From IMG/VR virus record IMGVR_UViG_3300034069_001889, positions 13,723 through 77,722 of that record: DNA of 64,000 bases. One strand, given 5' to 3'. A program made the translations under genes and the position numbers. This document shows, in pieces, positions 1 to 7,966 of the stretch. This DNA comes from a virus. The notes below the pieces were generated by a model. The model searched no databases. It saw only the letters and a list, made by a program, of their open reading frames with translations, and was not told the DNA's origin. The stretch's first letter is position 1; the number at the start of each line of letters is the position of its first letter.

Positions 1-2
1 AG

Positions 3-272
3 CGCGAGGGGGCGAATTTCCAGATCCAGTCGGTCAACGCCGACTTCACCAAGGTGGCCATGGCGCGCTGCCGCCTTGCCTTCAAGGACCGGGGGTGGGA
101 CGCCCGCACGTACAATTCGGTTTACGACGAGATCGTCTACGACTTTGCCGAGCCCTACGCGGCGGAGGCGCACGAGCTTCAAAAGAAGATCATGCTGGAG
201 GCCGCAAACGAGATGTTGCATCAAGTGCCGATGGATGTGGAAGGCCACCTCGCCAAGGTTTGGACCAAGTGA
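3..272 (+). CDS. polA: Family A DNA polymerase, C-terminal end (5'-truncated by window edge)
   Basis: The frame is open from nt 3 and reads REGANFQIQSVNADFTKVAM...NSVYDEIV...KVWTK*. This matches the PolA N-x-x-IQ-x-x-x-AD-x-x-K-x-AM segment and motif C (V-H/Y-DE). Confidence 0.85.
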   Translation, partial: REGANFQIQSVNADFTKVAMARCRLAFKDRGWDARTYNSVYDEIVYDFAEPYAAEAHELQKKIMLEAANEMLHQVPMDVEGHLAKVWTK

Positions 273-330
273 GCGTGGCAGATAACGGGGGGTTTGCAGG
301 TATGAGTTAACTATAACAAGGAGTATTTAT

Positions 331-777
331 ATGTACGACGGCATGAAAGGGCGAAACACGCCTCAAGAACTTCAGAATATGAAGGTGGCCCTGATCCACG
401 GTATCGACGACGACAGAAAAGGTCTGTGCGTGATGGGTTGGTTCGAGGACGAGTTGACGGGTGAGAACATGGTTGGGAACATTCGCCTGTATGAGCCCCT
501 GTTCTGCCAGATCGATCTCCCTGCCCAACCCGACCAGAACGGACAACGTAGGCCCCAGGCCCTTCACGTCCACACCCCTCCGAACGGGGTGCCGGAGTAC
601 GGGGAATACAACTCCTTCTACAAGGTGGAGGTATTTGAGGGCATTTCGGCGTTTGCGGGGCAGTATATTTCGACTTTGCAGATAGCGCGTCAGTTCGTTC
701 CGCTCTATTCTCAACCTACCTGGAGGTTTGGCGGTTCGTCCGGTGGCGACGATTCCGCGAAAGCCTACAGACGTTAA
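331..777 (+). CDS. Hypothetical protein (148 aa)
   Basis: ATG preceded by an AAGGAG RBS and AT-rich spacer; co-oriented with neighbours; no family recognised. Confidence 0.75.
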   Translation: MYDGMKGRNTPQELQNMKVALIHGIDDDRKGLCVMGWFEDELTGENMVGNIRLYEPLFCQIDLPAQPDQNGQRRPQALHVHTPPNGVPEYGEYNSFYKVEVFEGISAFAGQYISTLQIARQFVPLYSQPTWRFGGSSGGDDSAKAYRR

Positions 778-800
778 TTCACACGAGGGGGAGTGGTTCA

Positions 801-1127
801 ATGATTGAGAAAATATCCCGCATGGAAAATCCAAGCGTGCAAACGATTGTCGAGGTCAACCCGGACGACCTCGTTAATTTAGCGCGCCGGCTTCACCTAG
901 CCGCAAACAACGCCTTCCCTGGTCAAGAGATTCTGCTTCAATTCACGTCGGGGATCGTTTTGAAATACGATCCCAAAATAACGTCTTCGAATTTCGCCTC
1001 GCGCTCACGAACGCTCACGGACATCTCTGAAAACGAACTAGAATGCTTAGTGGCCGCGGACGAGCAAGAGGCGTTTGCCGAGGTGGCGGAACCGGTGAAA
1101 AAGGATGGGTCCGGCCCGAGATCCTAG
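801..1127 (+). CDS. Hypothetical protein (108 aa)
   Basis: GAGGGGGAG RBS upstream; fills the gap between co-oriented genes. Confidence 0.7.
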   Translation: MIEKISRMENPSVQTIVEVNPDDLVNLARRLHLAANNAFPGQEILLQFTSGIVLKYDPKITSSNFASRSRTLTDISENELECLVAADEQEAFAEVAEPVKKDGSGPRS

Positions 1128-1140
1128 GTATAATTAGGGC

Positions 1141-1779
1141 ATGAAGAAGTTTTTTTTTAGCCTCTACCGTCGGTTTATGTTTTGGGTCATGTCCACGGCC
1201 TTTTACCACTGGCTCGTGATGGACGTGATCCCTTTCGTGCGCTTTACCACCTACTACACGAGCTTCAGGGGTTGGAAGTACCACCGGGGTTACCAAAAGC
1301 TTCAGACCGGCGACATCATCGTCGTGATCGACACAAAGAAGCTGACCTCGAAGATTATTCCGGGCAAGTGGACCCACGCGGGGCTCTGCGTCGACAAGGG
1401 CGAAGAGTGGGAGGTGTCCGAGATGACCCACCTCAACTACACCAAATCCATGTTCTTCGACATGTGCAAAGAAGCCGAGCGCGTGGCCATTTACCGCTGC
1501 CGCGATTGGGACTTGGCCTACGTGAGAGACGTGATCGTGCCGACCTGCAAAAGTTTTATCAACGCCGCCTACGACGTCAAATTTACGCTCGGTGTCGAGG
1601 CATTGTACTGCTCCGAGCTCGTCTACGAATCAGACACGGAGCACCGCCTTGAGGTGAGTCTCGCCGACTTGGCCGACCTCGGCCGTCCGTACATCAGTCC
1701 CACGGGACTAACTACGGCAAAAAACGTCGACCTCATCTGGGACTCGGCCAACGAGGTCAGTCCGTTCGTTGGGTACTGA
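1141..1779 (+). CDS. Permuted papain-like amidase (YiiX/YebB, NlpC/P60 C92 family)
   Basis: GDIIV...WTHAGL (His) precedes YCSELVY (Cys), the permuted His-before-Cys order of the C92 family; hydrophobic/aromatic N-terminus. Confidence 0.8.
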   Translation: MKKFFFSLYRRFMFWVMSTAFYHWLVMDVIPFVRFTTYYTSFRGWKYHRGYQKLQTGDIIVVIDTKKLTSKIIPGKWTHAGLCVDKGEEWEVSEMTHLNYTKSMFFDMCKEAERVAIYRCRDWDLAYVRDVIVPTCKSFINAAYDVKFTLGVEALYCSELVYESDTEHRLEVSLADLADLGRPYISPTGLTTAKNVDLIWDSANEVSPFVGY

Positions 1780-1780
1780 T

Positions 1781-2053
1781 ATGGACGGCCAGCCAAAAGG
1801 GTTGATGACGGTTGATGCAGCCATTGAGCAATTGACGATCTTGAGAGATCAGGGTCACGGCGATATTCCCGTCGTGCATATGTCCGAGGGTGACGGCGGG
1901 TTTTATTTTGAATTCAATAAGGTGTTCGAGATGCTCGGAATCCCGGATGAAACTGGTAAAGAGCACCCGGTCTGCGCGCTGACGTGCCCAATCGAAGAGA
2001 CCCAGAGCGTGGCGGTGCCTGGGTCTCACCTCAAATTGATTAAGCCAGATTGA
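1781..2053 (+). CDS. Hypothetical protein (~90 aa)
   Basis: ATG at 1781, immediately after the amidase stop; converges on the lysozyme gene. Confidence 0.65.
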   Translation: MDGQPKGLMTVDAAIEQLTILRDQGHGDIPVVHMSEGDGGFYFEFNKVFEMLGIPDETGKEHPVCALTCPIEETQSVAVPGSHLKLIKPD

Positions 2054-2693
2054 GCGTGATGTGGTTGTTGTCGGCGAGCCACTTGAACATGGCCGCGACA
2101 CCGACCTGCTCGTCCGTCGGCGCGTGCTTGTCGTACTTGCCGTCTTTGACATACTTGCCTTTACCGTCGTTCATGTTCGTGCACGCCCAGATGTAGGGGG
2201 AGTTGTCTTCCGGGTGGTAGAGCAAGTAGCCAAGGCCGTTGAACTTCTCGGCGTATTGGAGCACGAGACCTAAACTCCAATTTTTGATGTCCAGCAAACC
2301 CAGTAGATTGAGGGCGTCGAGTGCGCCGGCTTCGAACGTTTTGAAAGGTCCGCGGCCCTTCGGCACCAGCTTAGATTTGCGACCGGTCCCAATGATCTGC
2401 TCGCCGTTTCCGAGGTAGGCTTTGAAATTACACGTCGCCTCCATCATGTGGATGCAGCCGATGAGCTCCGAGGGAACGCCCGTTTGTTTTTCGAGGGCGT
2501 TGTAACGATCCAGCCCCTTTAGGATAATTTTAGCGTGCTCCGCGATCTGCGCCTCTTTGCCCGGGTCGTAGACCATTTTTTTAAACAAATCTTCGTACCA
2601 CGCGACGGTTCCGCGCTTGAGTGATGATGCCGGCTTGGGGGCGACCACCGGTTTTTTAGGCACTGGTTTCTTTGCTGCAACTTTCTTGGCCAT
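2040..2693 (-). CDS. Lysozyme-like endolysin (COG5526-type)
   Basis: Motifs IHMME, EKFNGLGY, SPYIW-x-x-TN, GKYVKDGKYD and GVAA are typical of this lysozyme family; Lys/Pro-rich N-terminal tail. Confidence 0.75.
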   Translation of the reverse strand: MAKKVAAKKPVPKKPVVAPKPASSLKRGTVAWYEDLFKKMVYDPGKEAQIAEHAKIILKGLDRYNALEKQTGVPSELIGCIHMMEATCNFKAYLGNGEQIIGTGRKSKLVPKGRGPFKTFEAGALDALNLLGLLDIKNWSLGLVLQYAEKFNGLGYLLYHPEDNSPYIWACTNMNDGKGKYVKDGKYDKHAPTDEQVGVAAMFKWLADNNHITLNLA

Positions 2694-2753
2694 TAAATCT
2701 CCCGCGGGTACTGTTTATTGAACGACCTGCATATATGCAGGTCGTTCCTTTTT

Positions 2754-4469
2754 CTACCACATGCCGATGAGTTTGTCCCCCGTCTCCTTTGCGAAGATGG
2801 TTGCGTGCGCAGCGTCGTCGGGCTCAGTTTTCTTGTGGTCGTAGCGAAGAATGCCGGTCGAGGACACTTCGGCAAAGATGTGTTCGATGTCGACCAGGTA
2901 AGTCTGGGACTGCTCCCAAGGCGGAAAGATGAACCGGCCTTTTTTGATGTCGGCAAAGAAATCCGACATGACCTCGGTCCGGTTGATCGTCACTTTGTGG
3001 GCGGTTGGATCGTAACGCATGCGTTCACGCTGCATACCGACGTATTGGTACTTGATGACCCGGTGGGCTCCGAAGGCGGCTTCGAGCTGATCGTTGGCCG
3101 CCCATCCAAAACCCCAGTCGGAGCCAATCAATTGGACGTTGAAAGCTTTGGCGAGGCGAATGATGTCGCCGATGCAGTTGGTGGGGAGTGCGTCGTCGCC
3201 AAGGTAACGGCGGTAAAAGAAGGGGTGGAATTTGCCGGGCCTAACGTAGGCACCAATGCAAACGACCGTGTAGGACGCCGTGCGGAGGCGGCCCTTCTCG
3301 TCGCGCTCGGAGCCGTCGGAGCCCGTGCCCCAGTCGACTCCCATGACGAGCTGCCAGTTGTGGGTGAGCTCGTCGGGGGCGGTACGCATGGGCCAGTCGG
3401 ACGACGTCGAGGCGATGATCTCGGTCCGAGTGACGGGCTTTGAGGCCGAGTCGTAGGAGATGCCCAAGACTTCGTTATAAAACTGACCTTTGGAATACGT
3501 GTCCATCTTCCACACGATCTCCTTCCACTTATCCCCAGATTGCATCCAAGGCACCATGATCTGATTCAAATGAAAGCCCATGGTGTCCCGGCGGTCGGAG
3601 AAAGCGACCCACAGGCCATCGGACGGATTGATGCGTTTCCCGCACTTGTTGCAGATGGGGTGCTCGCGGCCAATGCACCGCTCGTCGAGAAAGTTGAAAT
3701 GGACCGGGTCATGGCGTCTACAGCGGACCAGCCATTCGCATTGGGAGGACTCCAGCCACGTTTCTTCGATGAGGTTGTCGTTGGTTAAGGGTGTGCCGGC
3801 AAAGACCGCCGTAGGGTTGTTGGAGTGCGATGTGACCTCCATGATGACAGGAAGGTTGGCGGAGATCATGTTTTGGATCTCGTCGATCGCCAGGAGATCG
3901 GCCGAGAGTCCCCGGACGCGGTCGGCGTTGAGGAATGCGGATCGCAGAAACATCATGGACCCGTTCGTCATCCCCTTCTCGAACACTTGGCTTGAGACCT
4001 TGGTCGAGAGCAAGTACTTGCTGATGACGGGTGAGTCTTCCATCCAAGGCGTGAGCTTGCCGGCGGAGAATTGACGCGTCTGCAGGTAGGACGGGGAGAC
4101 GTAGACGGACTTGCGGTACGGGGTGACCGCTGATTCGACGATCAGATTGTTTGCGAGGAAGGTTGATTTCTCGCACTGCCGCGAGAACTTAAGCAACAGG
4201 CGCGGAAACTTGCCGTTGTAGATGGGCTGTAGATACTCACGGCCGTTAAAGTCGAATTTGGCGCCGTCGAGGTAGACGAGGTTATGAACCCAATCCGCCT
4301 TCTTCGCGACCACGTGTTGCTTGACGTAGTTTCCAAAAGGCAGCGACTTGACGCTGAAGTGGCGCTTCTTTTCGGCCTTTTCGTTGGTTTGCTCAGGAGT
4401 TTCCTGCTCGGCCTCTTCGGCGGCCGCAAGCTCGGCCTCCATGAGATCATTCGAATTTTTCTCACTCAT
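2754..4469 (-). CDS. terL: Terminase large subunit (GpA-like)
   Basis: REYLQPIY adenine-binding region, Walker A-like KFSRQCEKST, Walker B LLAIDEIQ, coupling motif AGTP, Cys/His zinc region, nuclease MGVDWG and PDDAAHA. Confidence 0.9.
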   Translation of the reverse strand: MSEKNSNDLMEAELAAAEEAEQETPEQTNEKAEKKRHFSVKSLPFGNYVKQHVVAKKADWVHNLVYLDGAKFDFNGREYLQPIYNGKFPRLLLKFSRQCEKSTFLANNLIVESAVTPYRKSVYVSPSYLQTRQFSAGKLTPWMEDSPVISKYLLSTKVSSQVFEKGMTNGSMMFLRSAFLNADRVRGLSADLLAIDEIQNMISANLPVIMEVTSHSNNPTAVFAGTPLTNDNLIEETWLESSQCEWLVRCRRHDPVHFNFLDERCIGREHPICNKCGKRINPSDGLWVAFSDRRDTMGFHLNQIMVPWMQSGDKWKEIVWKMDTYSKGQFYNEVLGISYDSASKPVTRTEIIASTSSDWPMRTAPDELTHNWQLVMGVDWGTGSDGSERDEKGRLRTASYTVVCIGAYVRPGKFHPFFYRRYLGDDALPTNCIGDIIRLAKAFNVQLIGSDWGFGWAANDQLEAAFGAHRVIKYQYVGMQRERMRYDPTAHKVTINRTEVMSDFFADIKKGRFIFPPWEQSQTYLVDIEHIFAEVSSTGILRYDHKKTEPDDAAHATIFAKETGDKLIGMW

Positions 4470-4531
4470 GGGTCGATGGTAGCGAAAATGACGCCATCAG
4501 CCTATTATTAGATTTTTAAAAGGATCGCTTA

Positions 4532-4768
4532 ATGACGATGTTCAAATTTCACGTCGCCCGTCGGATTACCGAACCCGTCCAGTGTTCCGCCTGCCAGAAC
4601 TTTTACCGCGCGGTGGTCGAGCTGTCCTACCCAAACCGTATGGCCGGGTCGGCCGTAGTCCTTTGCGCACTCTGCATCGAAAGCTTCAACGCCTCGTTGA
4701 CCGTCATGCCTGCAGACTGGGCGGAACCCGTTGAAGAAGTATTGACGCCGGATGAAGGTAAAAAGTAA
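4532..4768 (+). CDS. Small CxxC...CxxC zinc-finger protein (78 aa)
   Basis: CSAC and CALC pairs; followed directly by a hairpin. Confidence 0.6.
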   Translation: MTMFKFHVARRITEPVQCSACQNFYRAVVELSYPNRMAGSAVVLCALCIESFNASLTVMPADWAEPVEEVLTPDEGKK

Positions 4769-4769
4769 C

Positions 4770-4792
4770 AAGCGGGGCGCAGAGCCCCGCTT
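4770..4792. terminator. GC-rich hairpin between convergent genes (probable terminator)
   Basis: AAGCGGGGC-gcaga-GCCCCGCTT, a 9-bp perfect stem between the stops at 4768 (+) and 4802 (-); no long U-tract. Confidence 0.55.
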
Positions 4793-4801
4793 AACACATC
4801 A

Positions 4802-5068
4802 CTACCTAACAAACGTTTTATGAGCCTCTCTCAGCTCAGCAAGGCTAGCTTGCGCGCCGCCTGGCTTTGCAACATCACTCTTGAGCCGTTTGAGGGCACT
4901 CAGTGGTTTCTTACCCATCTTATCAAACAACTCGCCGCCTAAGCGTGTTGCTTCAGCGTGGCCGGCGCTTCCGCGCGCAAATCCAGCCCGGGTGGCGACA
5001 CCCCCGGCCGAACGGGCACCCATCCATTTTGCCGATACGGCAGTTTTTTCAAATCCGGCTGCAAACAC
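4802..5068 (-). CDS. Small basic Gly/Ala-rich protein with MFxxGFxKxA leader (MFAAGFEKTA)
   Basis: GTG start with GGAGG RBS; N-terminal motif shared with seven other ORFs. Confidence 0.8.
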   Translation of the reverse strand: MFAAGFEKTAVSAKWMGARSAGGVATRAGFARGSAGHAEATRLGGELFDKMGKKPLSALKRLKSDVAKPGGAQASLAELREAHKTFVR

Positions 5069-5101
5069 TGGGAAACCTCCAAAAACTCAATTTTAGTACA
5101 T

Positions 5102-6121
5102 CTAAAGTAATTTCGACTCCTCTTTCTTTTTATACTTCCGCTCGTGCTCGTTGATCATAATGAGCTTCGTTTGCCCCCGTCCCGGCCCGCACGGCTGCCA
5201 CCTGAGGTGAGTCCGCACGGTCGTGCCATCCACGCTATATTCCCGGTCTTTGCCGTAGTTCCAACTCACGTACCGGATCAGGTGACGCGTGTTGTTGAGA
5301 TCAAACCCATTCTTTCGCGCGTCTTTTTGCTCCCGGGCCGTTTGCTGATGCACGGGTTTCATGTGGGTCACGTCGGGATTGAGCGAGTGGAGATACATGG
5401 CGGCGTTGAGGATTGTACGCCACATAGGTTCTGTAAGCCTTCCTTCATCGGGCAACGGACGGCGGCCCAAATCAAATCCAGCCGTTCGAGAAAAATCGAT
5501 TTTATCCAGACCGGCACTTAAGCGCGTAGCAAAGTTGATTGGGGCGATGACAGAGCTTAGGTCGCCGAAGAGAGCCCCTTGAAGACCGGAGATTGGGATC
5601 GCGGCGGCTCTGAAAACAAGGTCGGCGGATTGCAAATTTTCGGAATCATTCGGCCGCGGCTTCAAAATACTGACGTACGCCCCGGTAATGGCTTCTCCGT
5701 CAACATCGGCCACAACCCCTGGCTTCCAAGCGAAGTACGCGTAAAATGGTTTGTCGGGCAACAGTTCAGGCCTAATTTCGACATCCATGCGACTTAAGGC
5801 ATTCATGAATTTGGTGTTGAACACGTAAATTAAATTATTGGAGTGACGTTCGCACGCCTCAACAATAACCGCGGACCGGCAAACGTTTGAGTCGTGAACC
5901 ATGAGACTGAAAATAGTTCGCTCTTGCGGATCTTTTAAACTGTTGCGCTCCCGATCCATAATTGGCTCGCATGCTTCAGCGTCGGCTCGTCCCTCGCGAT
6001 AAGCTTCTGTGCCTTCAAACATGGCACGTCCAATTTTGGCGAACAGCTTCGATGTGACGTTTTCGTGGTGAACGCTTTTACGGATACCCTGGTAATACTC
6101 TGGGAAAAAATGCAGTTTCAT
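5102..6121 (-). CDS. Hypothetical protein (339 aa)
   Basis: Long ORF; C-terminal V-R-x-H-x-R-W-Q-P-C-G...K-L-I-x-I segment of a kind common in phage hypothetical proteins. Confidence 0.8.
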   Translation of the reverse strand: MKLHFFPEYYQGIRKSVHHENVTSKLFAKIGRAMFEGTEAYREGRADAEACEPIMDRERNSLKDPQERTIFSLMVHDSNVCRSAVIVEACERHSNNLIYVFNTKFMNALSRMDVEIRPELLPDKPFYAYFAWKPGVVADVDGEAITGAYVSILKPRPNDSENLQSADLVFRAAAIPISGLQGALFGDLSSVIAPINFATRLSAGLDKIDFSRTAGFDLGRRPLPDEGRLTEPMWRTILNAAMYLHSLNPDVTHMKPVHQQTAREQKDARKNGFDLNNTRHLIRYVSWNYGKDREYSVDGTTVRTHLRWQPCGPGRGQTKLIMINEHERKYKKKEESKLL

Positions 6122-6170
6122 GATGATGGATCCCCTTCCTTTAGAGGACCCATACCACGAAGTCTAAAGA

Positions 6171-7067
6171 TTAGCCGGGCTTGCCGTCGACTTTTCCGTC
6201 GAGCTGAGCGGGTCGCATCTGATCCGCCTGTTCAGGGGACAAGGTCTTGATGTCCGAATCGACGTACTCGAATTCGGTCTGGACCAGCTTCGCAAAGTCG
6301 GTGACGTCGCCGGCGCCGTACTTCTCGAATTTCTCGCCCGCTTCGAAGCCGACCTTGGCCCAGCGCCGGGCTTCGGTGTCACCATCCGGGCTGTTCTGGC
6401 GCATGTAGTAGTCAAATTTGTAACTCGACGTCGCAAGCACGTTCTTCAAGAAATCGGAAAACTGCCGCTCGGTGGGGAGACCGCAGAGGTGCATGACCTC
6501 GGCGCGGGGTTTGGTCAGCGCGGCAAAAACACGGGAATAGACAAACCCGTCTTCCCGGATGCGGTTGAGGTAGTCACTCCAGGCCGCCCGGTCAAAGTCC
6601 TCGAATGCCGCGAAGTAGCGGCGGTAGAGATCGAGGGCCCGCTCGTTGATCGGCAAATGGTACTGCGCCGGCAACAAGACGATCATCTTTTCTTCTTCCA
6701 TGTGCGAGATGAGGCAGGCGTCGATTGAGATGCGCATGACCGGGTGGTTGAGAATTTTCCCCACCATTTCCCACGCTCTGGCGACATCTGTCTGACTTTT
6801 CGTTCCGCGGTAGCACCGCCAGCGGTGGAGATCGCCGAAGCCGTACTTGTCCCAAATGGGCGAATCTTCGATTTTGAAGATTCCGCGTCTCATGTTACGT
6901 TTGATCGCAGGCGGCAGGGTGAGCTGGCTAACCGAATCTTCGGCCGTCTCAATATCTTTGTCGGTGGGAATAGGCAATTGCACGTTTCCGTAAAAACGCG
7001 TGATGTCGTTGCGGGTCATGCCCTCAAGACAAAGCCACTCTAGGTGCTTTTGAAACGGCAAGCTCAT
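6171..7067 (-). CDS. Hypothetical helical protein (298 aa); small terminase subunit is possible but unsupported
   Basis: Long ORF in the operon upstream of terL; no motif recognised. Confidence 0.75.
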   Translation of the reverse strand: MSLPFQKHLEWLCLEGMTRNDITRFYGNVQLPIPTDKDIETAEDSVSQLTLPPAIKRNMRRGIFKIEDSPIWDKYGFGDLHRWRCYRGTKSQTDVARAWEMVGKILNHPVMRISIDACLISHMEEEKMIVLLPAQYHLPINERALDLYRRYFAAFEDFDRAAWSDYLNRIREDGFVYSRVFAALTKPRAEVMHLCGLPTERQFSDFLKNVLATSSYKFDYYMRQNSPDGDTEARRWAKVGFEAGEKFEKYGAGDVTDFAKLVQTEFEYVDSDIKTLSPEQADQMRPAQLDGKVDGKPG

Positions 7068-7126
7068 TAGATGAAAGCTTTACATAAGTTGCACGCCGTG
7101 TCGAGAGGCGCGCCAGAGCAGATGCG

Positions 7127-7378
7127 TTAACGCTTCTTCTTGGTCTTCTTTTTCTTTTTTCGACGTCGCACCAGATTCACATACGTCCGAACGATCGGCG
7201 CTTGCGCGGTTCCAGCGATGATACCGGGGCCGATGCTGCCGATGAATGGCCTGGGCACCTGGGGCGTACGTTCGGGTTTTTCAGCACCGTCCGAGGGCGC
7301 CGGGGTTGCGGGCGTGGCCGAAGAAGGGCCCGGAGCACTCAAGGCGTCTGCGGTTTTTTCAAAACCCCTCACAAACAT
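7127..7378 (-). CDS. Small protein with MFVRGFEKTA leader, Pro-rich middle and poly-Lys/Arg C-terminus
   Basis: Leader motif; ends RRRKKKKKTKKKR; 3-nt gap to the upstream family member. Confidence 0.8.
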   Translation of the reverse strand: MFVRGFEKTADALSAPGPSSATPATPAPSDGAEKPERTPQVPRPFIGSIGPGIIAGTAQAPIVRTYVNLVRRRKKKKKTKKKR

Positions 7379-7381
7379 TGT

Positions 7382-7594
7382 TTACGCCCGGCTTTTCTTT
7401 TTACGGTCTGGATGAGTCATCTGCGCGTACGCGTTCACACCAGCCCCCGTGGCGGCCGCCCCGCCGATGTAGCGCATGTCGTTGCGGTCGAAGTGATGGC
7501 CGACGGCGCCGAGGGTGCGACGAGCAATGCCACCTTCGCGGATCTGATCACGAATAAAACCAGCGGCAGTTTTTTCAAAGCCTTGAGAAAACAT
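7382..7594 (-). CDS. Small protein with MFSQGFEKTA leader
   Basis: Leader motif; Gly/Ala segment and basic tail; 3-nt gaps on both sides. Confidence 0.8.
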   Translation of the reverse strand: MFSQGFEKTAAGFIRDQIREGGIARRTLGAVGHHFDRNDMRYIGGAAATGAGVNAYAQMTHPDRKKKSRA

Positions 7595-7597
7595 CGG

Positions 7598-7963
7598 CTA
7601 TTTCTCTTTCTTGGAATGGTCGTGGTGGTAACAGGTTACCGGTGGCCACTGACTTTTCTTAGTTGTCTTCATTCTCTTCATAGCCTCTTGATAGCGCTGA
7701 TCGTATTTGTCTCGCCACCAGGCCGAAATGTGCTTCTGAGCGTGTTTATGCCCCTCAACGAGGCCCCGCTTGTCTTCGATGCCTTTATGCCAATCTGCGG
7801 TATCCGCCCTCGTTACCGGCAACCCGTCTTTTTCAGCCCCTAAATGAAAAGTATCGAGCTCGTAATCGAAAGCTTCCCTGGCTTCTCGCTTCTTTTGCTC
7901 GTCTTTTTCTTTTAAGTTGAAGGGCCAAAACGCGGCCGTCTTGTTAAACCCAGCCGTGAACAC
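7598..7963 (-). CDS. Small charged protein with MFTAGFNKTA leader
   Basis: GTG start 3 nt after the stop of the 685-aa gene; leader motif. Confidence 0.8.
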   Translation of the reverse strand: MFTAGFNKTAAFWPFNLKEKDEQKKREAREAFDYELDTFHLGAEKDGLPVTRADTADWHKGIEDKRGLVEGHKHAQKHISAWWRDKYDQRYQEAMKRMKTTKKSQWPPVTCYHHDHSKKEK

Positions 7964-7966
7964 GGA

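Noticed and set aside
6171-7067. Small terminase subunit call
   Set aside because: Based only on proximity to terL; no recognisable motif, so left as hypothetical.
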